Shown here one piece after another: positions 9,909 through 18,752 of a stretch of DNA of 64,000 nt (position 1 is the stretch's first letter; the number at the start of each line of letters is the position of its first letter). The notes under the pieces are model-generated. The model saw only the letters and a list, made by a program, of their open reading frames with translations. It made no database searches and was not told the DNA's origin. Position numbers and translations under genes: made by a program. Source of the stretch: a virus (Duplodnaviria; Caudoviricetes); IMG/VR virus record IMGVR_UViG_3300029288_000120, positions 29,209 to 93,208 of that record; one strand, 5' to 3'.

Positions 9909-10579
9909 GATATCTTAGTGAGTCAAAAGCATTGATTCTACATATACCCAGGACAGGGGGAACATGGGTAGAAAAAGCAATACAACTCTGTAATATAGAG
10001 TCTAGTCGATGGGTATCAAAACAACCAAACAACTTACCTAAGAAGCATTGTTTGTTGCCTCACATTGCACGCAGGCATGTTTCTGATATAGATTTTGTTG
10101 CTGCGTTTGTAAGACATCCCATTCCGTATTATGAATCTGTTTGGAAATGGATGAGTAAAACAACTCGAAGTCATATACTGCGAAAGAGATGGACTTGGCA
10201 TCCTCATAAGTGTGCTATTGATGTCTTCAAAAAGAACAAGGATTTCAATGAATGGGTATATAATATGTCTGAGAAACATCCTGGATGGTATTCCAGGATG
10301 GTCAAGATGTATGTAGGACCTCAGGGAGGAGAGTTTTGTGGGTATATTGGTAGAACAGAATCCCTTGTTGATGATTTCTTGGAATTGCTTACTGGTTTGG
10401 GTTATAAACAACATATGGCAATAGAGAATGAAATAAGAGCGATGGCTGTACCCAATTCTATAGAAGCAAAGATAAACTGGTGTGGGGAGTTAAAGGGTAA
10501 AGTATTGGAACAAGAGCATCAAGTTATCGAAAGATTTTATAGAGGGGAAAATTTACATCGAAGATGCTATACACTTTGA
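9905..10579 (+). CDS. sulfotransferase family protein
   Basis: ILHIPRTGGTWV (PAPS 5'-PSB loop), FVRHP and IGRTESL motifs. Confidence 0.75.
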   Translation: MRYLSESKALILHIPRTGGTWVEKAIQLCNIESSRWVSKQPNNLPKKHCLLPHIARRHVSDIDFVAAFVRHPIPYYESVWKWMSKTTRSHILRKRWTWHPHKCAIDVFKKNKDFNEWVYNMSEKHPGWYSRMVKMYVGPQGGEFCGYIGRTESLVDDFLELLTGLGYKQHMAIENEIRAMAVPNSIEAKINWCGELKGKVLEQEHQVIERFYRGENLHRRCYTL

Positions 10580-10594
10580 TATTGGATTGTAAAA

Positions 10595-10867
10595 ATGGGT
10601 GAGCTAACTAGCGTAAAGTACAACAAAATTCTTCTATCTTATGCTGAGTTGCGAAAGGTATTTGGATCTCGTCTTGCTTCAATAAGAAAGAACCGGGGAT
10701 GGACGCAGGAGGTACTGGCATCCAAGTTTGGCACCACCCAAGAAACCATTGCTATATGGGAAGGCAACAAGCAACTCCCCTCACGAAAGAACGTAGACAA
10801 ACTCTGCAAACTCTTGCACATTGACAGGTTCTTTTTCGAACGTGTTGAATCTAATGTGCTTAAATAG
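10595..10867 (+). CDS. XRE-family HTH transcriptional regulator
   Basis: IRKNRGWTQEVLA...TQETIAIWEGNKQLP. Confidence 0.85.
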   Translation: MGELTSVKYNKILLSYAELRKVFGSRLASIRKNRGWTQEVLASKFGTTQETIAIWEGNKQLPSRKNVDKLCKLLHIDRFFFERVESNVLK

Positions 10868-10985
10868 ATAGTATATCTCTAATATACACTATGTGATTTT
10901 CAGGGGATTTCTTAGTTTATAGGAAAATTCCTAGAAAAATTCTTGTTTATTTTGGTTATTTTTGCACCATTTCTCCCTGTTGGTA

Positions 10986-11014
10986 TGGACAGTTATATGG
11001 TTTTGACACATAAT
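10986..11014 (+). promoter_or_regulatory. putative early sigma70-type promoter
   Basis: TGGACA-N17-CATAAT with AT-rich upstream tracts. Confidence 0.45.
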
Positions 11015-11020
11015 GATAAC

Positions 11021-11404
11021 ATCATTGATGTTTGAAATCCTGAAAGGCAGCCGATTGGCAAGGAGTATTTTGCATAGCCCATTTGAGTCCGAGCGGAGTT
11101 AGGGTATGCAAAAGAAAGAACCGGAAATGACCGGGCAAGGGGAAGTTAGTAACGAACGTGAAAACTCCCATTCGCAGTCGATTGGCTCCCAGCCTAACAA
11201 AGCAGGTTTCACCAGGAACCATGAACAATGAGCCTGGTCCCCCTGAGATCAACAGTAGTTGCTAGGGTGAGTTGAAGCTGAGCAGTGGAGGGTTGGTGAC
11301 ACAAGAGTGTCACTTTCAAACAAAGGATAGTTGTGGTCGACTAACACGGGAATGATTCGATCATAATTGAGCACAGTGGGTAAGCAGTAGCAAGAATCGA
11401 AACA
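11021..11404 (+). ncRNA. putative structured non-coding RNA/leader of unknown class
   Basis: No credible ORF; stems TTTTGCATA/TATGCAAAA, ACCAGG/CCTGGT and GTGACAC/GTGTCAC. Confidence 0.4.
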
Positions 11405-11481
11405 GTCGAAACAATCCCAGTCGAACGACAGAGTGGATTGTTCACTGTAACTGGCTATTACAGTGCTGATGAGACAAGCCA
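11405..11481 (+). ncRNA. hammerhead ribozyme, type II, with loop I pseudoknot
   Basis: GAAA 11408-11411; stem III CAATCC/GGATTG; GUU triplet; stem I CACTGTAA/TTACAGTG; CTGATGA 11466-11472; stem II GTC/GAC; loop TGGCT pairs with 3' AGCCA. Confidence 0.85.
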
Positions 11482-11511
11482 AGCAAACTCTTATTTTAGG
11501 AGAGAAGAACA

Positions 11512-12174
11512 ATGTTAGATTTAGTAGTGGGACAAAAAGTCATTTATATTCCACATTATGGTGAAATGCCAAGAATAGCAACGATTACTAAGGTGTTGAA
11601 AACACGTTTCGAAATCAAGGATGAGAATGGCATAATCAAAACAAGATTTGAAGTGAATAGCTGTGGAGTGGATGGGCAAACATTTTACGCATATGGAACT
11701 AGAAAGAGCGGGATGGTTGTTGTTTACACTGAAGAGAACATGAAGAAGTTTACGGAAATGGCCCAACAGGAGATTAGCAGAGAGAAAGAAAAGAAGGAAC
11801 GACAAGAGAAGGCTAGACTTGAACGAGATATCGAACAGAAGAAACAGATTGAGGAAGTAAAAGAACTGTATCTGCCTGATGACTGGAATGAAAGAATTCA
11901 AAATGAGATTCTCCCAGGGGATCAAAAGATGTATGTCATCAATATGCCAATCCATCCACGATATGTGGAAAACAAAGGATCGTGGGAAAGATTAATTGTC
12001 AGAATCAAGAAGGAAGAAAGTTGGAGTTGGCAAAAGGCGGGGATGGCATATATGACGTATACTACTTGGGCAAACGAGAAAAGTCAATCCTTCTCTTCCT
12101 GTACAGGTATCAACTATGAGACAGAGGAGGAGGCATTGTGGGACAGTATTCGTAGATGCTACTTTTCATGGTAA
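11512..12174 (+). CDS. hypothetical early protein
   Basis: AGGAG RBS, 220-aa ORF with central coiled coil. Confidence 0.7.
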   Translation: MLDLVVGQKVIYIPHYGEMPRIATITKVLKTRFEIKDENGIIKTRFEVNSCGVDGQTFYAYGTRKSGMVVVYTEENMKKFTEMAQQEISREKEKKERQEKARLERDIEQKKQIEEVKELYLPDDWNERIQNEILPGDQKMYVINMPIHPRYVENKGSWERLIVRIKKEESWSWQKAGMAYMTYTTWANEKSQSFSSCTGINYETEEEALWDSIRRCYFSW

Positions 12175-12186
12175 AAAAGGAAAGAT

Positions 12187-12363
12187 ATGAGAACAGCTAT
12201 TAGCACAAGACAACCAAAAGTAGCAGTCGAGTATGACTGCTACAATACCAGAGCTACTAAGGAGTTTACAAATCCTTATGAAGCTCGTAGATTTTATGTA
12301 CTTAAACTTAAACAGGGTAAGAACCCAAAAATCAAGAAGGAGAGCGATCATGCAAACGATTAG
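12187..12363 (+). CDS. small hypothetical protein (58 aa, not in the ORF track)
   Basis: AAGGA RBS; MRTAISTRQPKVAVEY...; fills the gap between neighbours. Confidence 0.55.
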   Translation: MRTAISTRQPKVAVEYDCYNTRATKEFTNPYEARRFYVLKLKQGKNPKIKKESDHAND

Positions 12364-12757
12364 TGAGAACATTTACAGACAAATAGGCAGAGCAAACGAG
12401 GTAGCTATGTTTCAGCCACCATTGATGAGAACTGGCGGTGATGGATCAATGATGGAGACATTCACGATAAAACTTGACGGCGTGGATGTTGTTCAAGTAA
12501 CCTTCAACACTGGCCAGACCTTCAAAATGGAGAGGGAAGCAATTTTCTCAACACTCCGGAGAATCGTGAAGTCAAGCAAGGAGAAATACCCAGAGGAGCC
12601 TGTTGTGTTGCAAACCTATCGTGTATGGTTTGGTGACAGTGCCGTTCTGGTAAATGCTGCTAATGAAGGTGAAGCAAAATCAAATGTCTGTAATCTAGCA
12701 GCGGTAAGAAATTACTTACAAGAAGATGGCACTTCTCTAAAAGTAGAGAAGCTATAA
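12350..12757 (+). CDS. hypothetical protein
   Basis: AAGGAG RBS before MQTISEN; start revised from 12233. Confidence 0.6.
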   Translation: MQTISENIYRQIGRANEVAMFQPPLMRTGGDGSMMETFTIKLDGVDVVQVTFNTGQTFKMEREAIFSTLRRIVKSSKEKYPEEPVVLQTYRVWFGDSAVLVNAANEGEAKSNVCNLAAVRNYLQEDGTSLKVEKL

Positions 12758-12776
12758 TAAGAGAAAGGAGAACTAC

Positions 12777-13085
12777 ATGCCTTGTTACGAAGTACGAATG
12801 ATAAGTGTCAAGTTCAAGATAGGAAATGCTTCCTTGCTTGAACAAGCACTCAAGTCACTGGGCTTGATGCACACAGTTTTTCCAAACCGGAAATTGATAA
12901 CGACAGAAGGCATTTCCCTTGACCTGGAATCGGGCAAAGCCATTGTTTTGGATGGTTACCAAGACAGGTTAAACCAAATCAAACAAGCCTATAGCCGCGA
13001 GGCGGTCAAAGTAGCGGCCAAGAAGTTTGCCTGGGCAACAAAAACTCAGGGCAGTAACATCACAGTCAACAAAGTGAGGTGGTAA
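12777..13085 (+). CDS. DUF1257/Ycf35-like protein
   Basis: LLEQALKSLG...LNQIKQAYSREAVKVAAKKFAW pattern; neighbour of the Ycf46-like ATPase. Confidence 0.5.
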   Translation: MPCYEVRMISVKFKIGNASLLEQALKSLGLMHTVFPNRKLITTEGISLDLESGKAIVLDGYQDRLNQIKQAYSREAVKVAAKKFAWATKTQGSNITVNKVRW

Positions 13086-13086
13086 G

Positions 13087-13353
13087 ATGAAAAGCAGACT
13101 ACAATCAGATGATAGGATGAGCAATACTGGCTATCATCAGAATGGGGAACCAAACTGGTGGGCCATGGTAGAAGGGAAGGGAAGCCCCCCTCAGTGGATT
13201 GACATACCCAAAACAAGAGGGGATAAGAGATTGAATTGTGTTGTGGATTTACCCCCTGGTACCAAAGTCTATTGTGGGGCCGGTAAAGGAACACACAAAA
13301 CTGTTCGGTGTCATGTTGTAACTACAGTTTTGGAGGAAGAAAACAATGCCTAA
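13087..13353 (+). CDS. hypothetical protein
   Basis: Tightly packed ORF in the operon. Confidence 0.5.
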   Translation: MKSRLQSDDRMSNTGYHQNGEPNWWAMVEGKGSPPQWIDIPKTRGDKRLNCVVDLPPGTKVYCGAGKGTHKTVRCHVVTTVLEEENNA

Positions 13354-13561
13354 AAATTCTTTCAACATCAATATACTAGAGGATGGTATCCTTAGTATCA
13401 ACACGGATGACTTCAGTCCAGAAGTACACAAGCAGGCAGATGAGTTCATCAAATACCTTGGTGAACTTATGGGGGGAGAAATGGTTGTGAAGGAAAAACA
13501 CACACACTCAAAGCAACACCAACACAGCCACGATCACGGAAAAACTTTTCATACCCATTAA
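13346..13561 (+). CDS. DUF2997-like protein with His-rich tail
   Basis: INILEDGILSINT; C-terminal HTHSKQHQHSHDH; GGAGG RBS. Confidence 0.45.
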   Translation: MPKNSFNINILEDGILSINTDDFSPEVHKQADEFIKYLGELMGGEMVVKEKHTHSKQHQHSHDHGKTFHTH

Positions 13562-13589
13562 CAGACGCTAAGCGTTAGGAGAACAAGAA

Positions 13590-13790
13590 ATGAGACTTAT
13601 GGGCACGGATGAAATCATTGAGAAGGAAATACAGGATGTTGTCGGTGTGTTTGGTTATACCAGAAAGCAGGCTATCGAGTACCTTGTTACAATTGCTGAG
13701 GTACAGGGATTCCGTATTGGTATACCCAAGTCACTGGAGAAAGAAATTCTAACCAAGCTGAAAAAGGAGAAACAAAATGGTGGATTTTAA
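13590..13790 (+). CDS. hypothetical protein
   Basis: AGGAG RBS. Confidence 0.55.
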   Translation: MRLMGTDEIIEKEIQDVVGVFGYTRKQAIEYLVTIAEVQGFRIGIPKSLEKEILTKLKKEKQNGGF

Positions 13791-14424
13791 CCGACAACCA
13801 AAACCAGAGGACATAACAAAGGAAATCCTCAGTGTGTTTGAGTTGATGGAAAAAGAGATGAAGGAAAAGTTTCTACACAGTAGTAGGAGAATACAAGACA
13901 AGTCAGACAGGTTTGACGGCAAAGAGTGTGGGGATGTTGATGTAGTTGCTGCTTACATTGCTGCCTCCCTCACTTCAAAGCATGGGGAGAGTATTGATTT
14001 TGGCAGAATGATGCACAACATATTCGTTTCGTTGTACAAAGCAGGTTACATGGATGGGAAGAAAGATATGTCACCAAGAACTGTGACTGTCAACAAGCTG
14101 AAGATTTACGACAAGTGTTTGACCAAGATGTTGGAAGCTTGGAGAAAGCTCAGTTATATAATCACCAGTGACAAAGTTTGGCATAGTTTACATGAAAAGG
14201 ACATCGAAGAATTCGATGTCGCCAATACCTTGAAGGATCAAGTATCAGATTCCTTTGCCAGTACTTATTTACATGGAACCAAGGCAATCAAAGAACTGGC
14301 AGATCAGCAAGTAGCCCCTCCACGAGAAGTTTTGCAAGCACTGATGCTCCCTGATTACGATCCCCGGGCAGCTAGAGTCAGAGCAGGATTTCCCGAGATA
14401 TTTTACCCCTGGAAAGAAGAATAA
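13777..14424 (+). CDS. hypothetical protein
   Basis: AAGGAG RBS, 215 aa. Confidence 0.65.
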   Translation: MVDFNRQPKPEDITKEILSVFELMEKEMKEKFLHSSRRIQDKSDRFDGKECGDVDVVAAYIAASLTSKHGESIDFGRMMHNIFVSLYKAGYMDGKKDMSPRTVTVNKLKIYDKCLTKMLEAWRKLSYIITSDKVWHSLHEKDIEEFDVANTLKDQVSDSFASTYLHGTKAIKELADQQVAPPREVLQALMLPDYDPRAARVRAGFPEIFYPWKEE

Positions 14425-14452
14425 CACAAACTCAAAATAAGGAGAACAAAAG

Positions 14453-15934
14453 ATGAATCTAATAGAAAGACTTCGACACGCTCGTCAAGCAGGTGTACCA
14501 CTGGTATCAATTGGTACACCTGATGCAGCGGCTACCATACGTCGTGTGGTTAAAGAGCTCAACAACTCACCCATTCTATCATGGGATGTGCAGAGAGGAG
14601 TTCTATCAGCAAACGAATCTGGTCAAACAGCTCTTGGTCAGATAAATAGTGATGATACCAAGGGGAATCCCCTGGGATTGATTGATGAAGCAATCAAGCT
14701 ACCTGAGAAGACCATGCTCTTCATAATGAATGCTCCAAAAGTTGCAGAAGCCACTGGTCTGCCTTGGATTCAGGGAGTATGGAATCTCAGGGACGAGTTC
14801 AAAGCAGACCAAAGGATGGTGATACTCCTGGGTAGGTCTTCAACAGTTCCCCCTGAGCTGGAAGGGGATGTAGTTTGTATGGAGGAGGAATTGCCAACAG
14901 TAACACAACTCACCAGCATAGTCGATTCATTGGATGATGACGCCTCCCTGGCCAGACCCAAAAGAACACCCACACCAGAAGAAGTAATCAATAAGGCAGT
15001 GGATGCCGTTTCGGGGTTGTCAGCTTTCTCAGCAGAACAAGCTGTAGCAATGGCCATCCGAGCAGATGGCATAGATCTGGACCTTCTCTGGGACATCAAG
15101 CGGACAATGATTGAGGAAACCCCTGGGTTATCTTGTTGGAGAGGGGGGGAAAGATTCTCAGATATTGGTGGACTTAAAAACGTCAAAGGGTACTGCCAGT
15201 CGATGGTCAACGGTCGCAAGAAGTATGGGGCTGTGGTATTCATTGACGAGATTGAGAAGCTATTGGCAGGGGCTACAGAGGGCACTGGGGACAGTTCCGG
15301 TGTAAGCCAGGGTTTCTTACAGGTACTCCTTACGTACATGCAAGACCACAATGTAAGTGGGATGATTTTCATCGGGCATCCAGGGGCCGGCAAATCAATG
15401 GTAGCCAAGAGCATAGGAGCCGAAGTTGGTATACCCACAATTGCCTTGGATGTCAATGCGATGAAGAGTAGTTTGGTAGGTTCAAGTGAGCAACGTATAC
15501 GAGAAGCAATGAAAGTTGTTACAGCAGTAAGTAATGACAAGCCTTTATTCGTTGCCACTTGCAACAAAATTGCAAACCTTCCCCCTGAGTTACGGCGACG
15601 ATTTACTGCTGGTACATTTTTCTTTGACCTCCCAGATTCCTCAGAGAGAGATGTCATTTGGACATACTACATGGAAAAGTATGAGTTGGAAGAACAGGAA
15701 GGTCCACTAGACGAAGGATGGACAGGGGCTGAAATTAAAGCCTGCTGTCAAGGAGCATGGGAACGCAACGTGTCACTCTTGGAAGCAGCCAAGTTCATTG
15801 TTCCAGTAGCCAAGGCTGATCCAGCCAGGATAAAGAAGCTACAAGATGAGGCTGTTGGTCGTTACATATCAGCCTCATCTGATGGAACATACAAAACAGT
15901 AAGCACAGAGAAGAAGAGAGTAGTTCGTACTTGA
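14453..15934 (+). CDS. Ycf46-like AAA+ ATPase (Walker B block placed before Walker A)
   Basis: FSDIGGL, VFIDEIEK, GHPGAGKS, VATCN..LPPELRRRF and FFFDLP motifs. Confidence 0.85.
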   Translation: MNLIERLRHARQAGVPLVSIGTPDAAATIRRVVKELNNSPILSWDVQRGVLSANESGQTALGQINSDDTKGNPLGLIDEAIKLPEKTMLFIMNAPKVAEATGLPWIQGVWNLRDEFKADQRMVILLGRSSTVPPELEGDVVCMEEELPTVTQLTSIVDSLDDDASLARPKRTPTPEEVINKAVDAVSGLSAFSAEQAVAMAIRADGIDLDLLWDIKRTMIEETPGLSCWRGGERFSDIGGLKNVKGYCQSMVNGRKKYGAVVFIDEIEKLLAGATEGTGDSSGVSQGFLQVLLTYMQDHNVSGMIFIGHPGAGKSMVAKSIGAEVGIPTIALDVNAMKSSLVGSSEQRIREAMKVVTAVSNDKPLFVATCNKIANLPPELRRRFTAGTFFFDLPDSSERDVIWTYYMEKYELEEQEGPLDEGWTGAEIKACCQGAWERNVSLLEAAKFIVPVAKADPARIKKLQDEAVGRYISASSDGTYKTVSTEKKRVVRT

Positions 15935-15989
15935 TTTTAAGTTTGAGAAAATTGTTATTAGTAACCCCCCTTAATAAGGAAGAACGAAG

Positions 15990-16832
15990 ATGAGTAAGTT
16001 GTTTGAGAAAACCGTATGTCTGTCAGTTACGTTTCATATGGCTGGAGACAGTAGAGTTGGTGATCTTACTAGCATAGAAACCGATGCTGACAGATCGCGA
16101 CTGAACCTGAGCAAGAAGATTTTTCAGTCGAAGAACTACAGGAAGATGAGGCGTTTGCGATGGCTCACGAAGCTGTGGATAATGAATCGAGCAGTTCCCT
16201 CCCCTTTGCGACATGGAACATTCTTGATTCCTCAACCCCTCGTAGAGGAAGTGTTGGGAAAAATCAATGAAGCGGAGGAACAATTCAACAAGCTCGCTGA
16301 TGAGTTCATTGAAGAGTACCCAGTGTTGGTCAAGGAAGCGAAAGACCTTCTCCAATCTCAGTTTCGAAAAGAGAATTACCCAAACCCAAAATCCATGCGG
16401 AGTAAGTTTTGGGTATCTCGAATGTTTGTTAAGTTCGAGAACGTCAAAGGAGTTGACCAAAACAAAGAGATACAAGATGCCATTGAGGATATCAGAGGCA
16501 CTCTTCGTATGGGAATGTTAGAGCTAGTGGAGAAGCTTGGTAAGATGCTTGGTGAAGGAAAGAATGGCAGAAAGAGTGTGGTTCGAAAAGAAGCCATACA
16601 AGCCTTCAATGATTGGATGGAGTTGCTGCCCAAGCGTAATGTTTTGGATGACGAGGAGCTAAAATCCCTTGCTGAGAAGGCCAAGTCATTGATGAAAGGG
16701 AACACCCAAAGTGATCTACGGGATGTGGAGGGCATACGCAACAAGGTTCGCAAGGGTATGGGAGATATCAGTAAGCAGCTAAGAACCATGATTGAAGCTG
16801 CTCCCCGTCGTTCGTTTAGTTTTGAGGAGTAG
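15990..16832 (+). CDS. DUF3150-like protein
   Basis: GTFLIP...FIEEYP...YPNP pattern, helical; follows the Ycf46-like ATPase. Confidence 0.5.
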   Translation: MSKLFEKTVCLSVTFHMAGDSRVGDLTSIETDADRSRLNLSKKIFQSKNYRKMRRLRWLTKLWIMNRAVPSPLRHGTFLIPQPLVEEVLGKINEAEEQFNKLADEFIEEYPVLVKEAKDLLQSQFRKENYPNPKSMRSKFWVSRMFVKFENVKGVDQNKEIQDAIEDIRGTLRMGMLELVEKLGKMLGEGKNGRKSVVRKEAIQAFNDWMELLPKRNVLDDEELKSLAEKAKSLMKGNTQSDLRDVEGIRNKVRKGMGDISKQLRTMIEAAPRRSFSFEE

Positions 16833-16844
16833 TATTTGTCTTTT

Positions 16845-16885
16845 GAGGGATTGGTATGCTGATTTTACCAATCCCTCTTATACAC
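16845..16885 (+). terminator. probable intrinsic terminator hairpin
   Basis: 12-bp stem GAGGGATTGGTA/TACCAATCCCTC; weak T tail. Confidence 0.55.
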
Positions 16886-16937
16886 TTTCAAACAAAAGAT
16901 ACCATAAGAATAATGAGTAAGAAAGGAGGTGATGAAG

Positions 16938-17060
16938 ATGTATGATGACTTGTTTCAACCCAAGAAATTTTGTAGCATGGTTATAGCTACTATCGTGCTT
17001 CTATTGGTCATGTTGTACCTGCCCAAGTTGATTGAAGAATCCATCAGATTTTTTGGCTAA
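16938..17060 (+). CDS. 40-aa single-TM membrane peptide (not in the ORF track)
   Basis: Strong AAGGAGGT RBS; MYDDLFQPKKFCSMVIATIVLLLVMLYLPKLIEESIRFFG. Confidence 0.55.
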   Translation: MYDDLFQPKKFCSMVIATIVLLLVMLYLPKLIEESIRFFG

Positions 17061-17124
17061 TGGGCTTTTTCTTTATAGGTCAAACCATTATAATACACCC
17101 ATAATTCTTTCAAGGAGGCTGGTT

Positions 17125-17298
17125 ATGGAATCTAAGTATCTGGCCCAAGTTATTGTTTACAACGACAGAACATCCGACAAAGTCATTGTAGTTGGTACCA
17201 GAACCAACACAAAGGAAAAAGCACGGAGAGCCATTGTAGACAAAGTCTTTTCCCAGGGTTACTGGATTAGACAATTCAAAACCTTTTCCAAAGTTTAG
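17125..17298 (+). CDS. small hypothetical protein
   Basis: AAGGAGG RBS before MESKYL. Confidence 0.55.
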   Translation: MESKYLAQVIVYNDRTSDKVIVVGTRTNTKEKARRAIVDKVFSQGYWIRQFKTFSKV

Positions 17299-17307
17299 GA
17301 GAACAAA

Positions 17308-17832
17308 ATGGAATCTGTGGTTATTGATGCAAAGAACGAGACCTACTGTGACATAGAGAAGATGCTCTACAAGATGGCTTGGCAAACTACGAAGAAGTTT
17401 GGGGGTGATTTTGAAGAGTATCTTTCAGCAGCAAACGAAGCATTTTCTGACGCCTACCTAACTTATAGGGAGGGCATGAATACATCCTTTAGTACATGGG
17501 TGTATTGGCAAGTTCGTGGCAGACTTCAACGTTCGACATTCAAGAACAAAATGGATAAGCACACAGTCAATACTGGGGAAGACATTGACCTATCTATCTT
17601 TTCTTGTAGAGATAGTTTTGATGTATCTTCATTACTCAACGAGGTCTCCCATGATGCTCGTGTAGCCATAGAACTGATTATAGATAGCGATTTTGTGGAC
17701 TTGAATCTCTCAAGCGAAATGATGTCCTGCATTCGCAGTGGCTTGTTGGTCAAACTACAAGAGATGGGTTGGTCAGTTGCCAGGGCAGTTGATACCTTTT
17801 TTGAGATAAGGGAAGCTCTATGTCAAAGCTAG
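17308..17832 (+). CDS. sigma70 region-2-like protein (phage sigma factor-like)
   Basis: EEYLSAANEAFSDAYLTY...SFSTWVYWQVRGRL resembles regions 2.2-2.4; region 4 not evident. Confidence 0.55.
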   Translation: MESVVIDAKNETYCDIEKMLYKMAWQTTKKFGGDFEEYLSAANEAFSDAYLTYREGMNTSFSTWVYWQVRGRLQRSTFKNKMDKHTVNTGEDIDLSIFSCRDSFDVSSLLNEVSHDARVAIELIIDSDFVDLNLSSEMMSCIRSGLLVKLQEMGWSVARAVDTFFEIREALCQS

Positions 17833-18017
17833 AGGTAAAAAGGTTGGGAAAGTACTGGTGGGTGATTGGTCTCATGGATGGTAAAGAAGAATACGGTCCA
17901 GTTGGCCCATATAATAACAGAAAGGAAGCAGTGGAAGGTAAAAGAGGCATGATAAGTTTTGAACGTAACAAAGATAAACCAGGATACATTACTTCGGAGA
18001 GTCTAAGATATGAATAA
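17820..18017 (+). CDS. hypothetical protein
   Basis: Overlapping operon ORF; GPYNNRKEA motif. Confidence 0.5.
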   Translation: MSKLEVKRLGKYWWVIGLMDGKEEYGPVGPYNNRKEAVEGKRGMISFERNKDKPGYITSESLRYE

Positions 18018-18300
18018 CCAAAACGAAAGAAAGTTACTCAGCAAGCTGTTGGAAGGATCAACTAGCAATGGTCTGACAAGCCAAGATTGCCATGATCTAT
18101 TGAAGTTGGTAATGGATACAACAGATCCTACCAAGCCTCAATTGAATGACAGCTACAACCGTCGTTGTAGGGTGTGTAACATTAGTGTAGTGCATAAGCA
18201 CAGTTCGACAGGTATATGTACTGATTGTGCTATGGCTGCCCGTGCGGATGGCACATACCCACTAATAAGTGGTAGAGAAGTGTGTGATTTGAATATATAG
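18010..18300 (+). CDS. hypothetical zinc-binding protein
   Basis: CRVC...CTDC. Confidence 0.5.
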   Translation: MNNQNERKLLSKLLEGSTSNGLTSQDCHDLLKLVMDTTDPTKPQLNDSYNRRCRVCNISVVHKHSSTGICTDCAMAARADGTYPLISGREVCDLNI

Positions 18301-18304
18301 GAAA

Positions 18305-18751
18305 TTGAAAATGAAAGAAATCATAGAACAATATATCGTGAAAGATAACAAGACAACTGGCACTTGTCATTTTGAATCCGATGGAAAAGACATGGGTGAT
18401 AAATTCACTTTGTTTGCTAGTAGATTCAAACCGGATACTATGGTTCAAGTTACAGTAATAACTTCCGATAAAGTAGTAGCAAGACCCCATGAAGCAACTT
18501 TCATAAGAAGTAACACGTCAAAGGAGGAGACTTGGTTTTTGATTGCTATAAATCCCCTCACGTGTACTTTTGAAGAGATCGGAAAAGTTTGGAAAGACCA
18601 TGAAAAGGGAGGTAATCACTGGAAGTGGGAGTTTCTTAATGGGGATGTACATTGTGAGATCTCTAGGGCACAGTGTTTATTCAGTATGGAAACTCTGGCT
18701 GCTGAACAAAATGTATTTGGTTATGCTTTTACCTATGTTTGGAATGAGTAA
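18305..18751 (+). CDS. hypothetical protein
   Basis: Packed ORF. Confidence 0.55.
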   Translation: MKMKEIIEQYIVKDNKTTGTCHFESDGKDMGDKFTLFASRFKPDTMVQVTVITSDKVVARPHEATFIRSNTSKEETWFLIAINPLTCTFEEIGKVWKDHEKGGNHWKWEFLNGDVHCEISRAQCLFSMETLAAEQNVFGYAFTYVWNE

Positions 18752-18752
18752 A

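Noticed and set aside
10944-10965. Possible self-target of the unit at 37531-37572 (8/9 match to revcomp of spacer A, 1-nt gap, 9/9 match to spacer B)
   Set aside because: Low-complexity T-rich sequence, and the halves are in the opposite order to the expected A+revcomp(B) geometry; probably chance, but include it in a systematic search.
11189-11350. Twister-ribozyme-like words (CCTAAC...GGTCCC...AAGC...AGTGGAGGG)
   Set aside because: I could not form P2, P4 and both pseudoknots consistently; needs a covariance-model test.
16070-16100. GAAACCGA inside a coding region
   Set aside because: Lacks the preceding T, the CGA-N9 spacing and the flanking stem; not an array unit.
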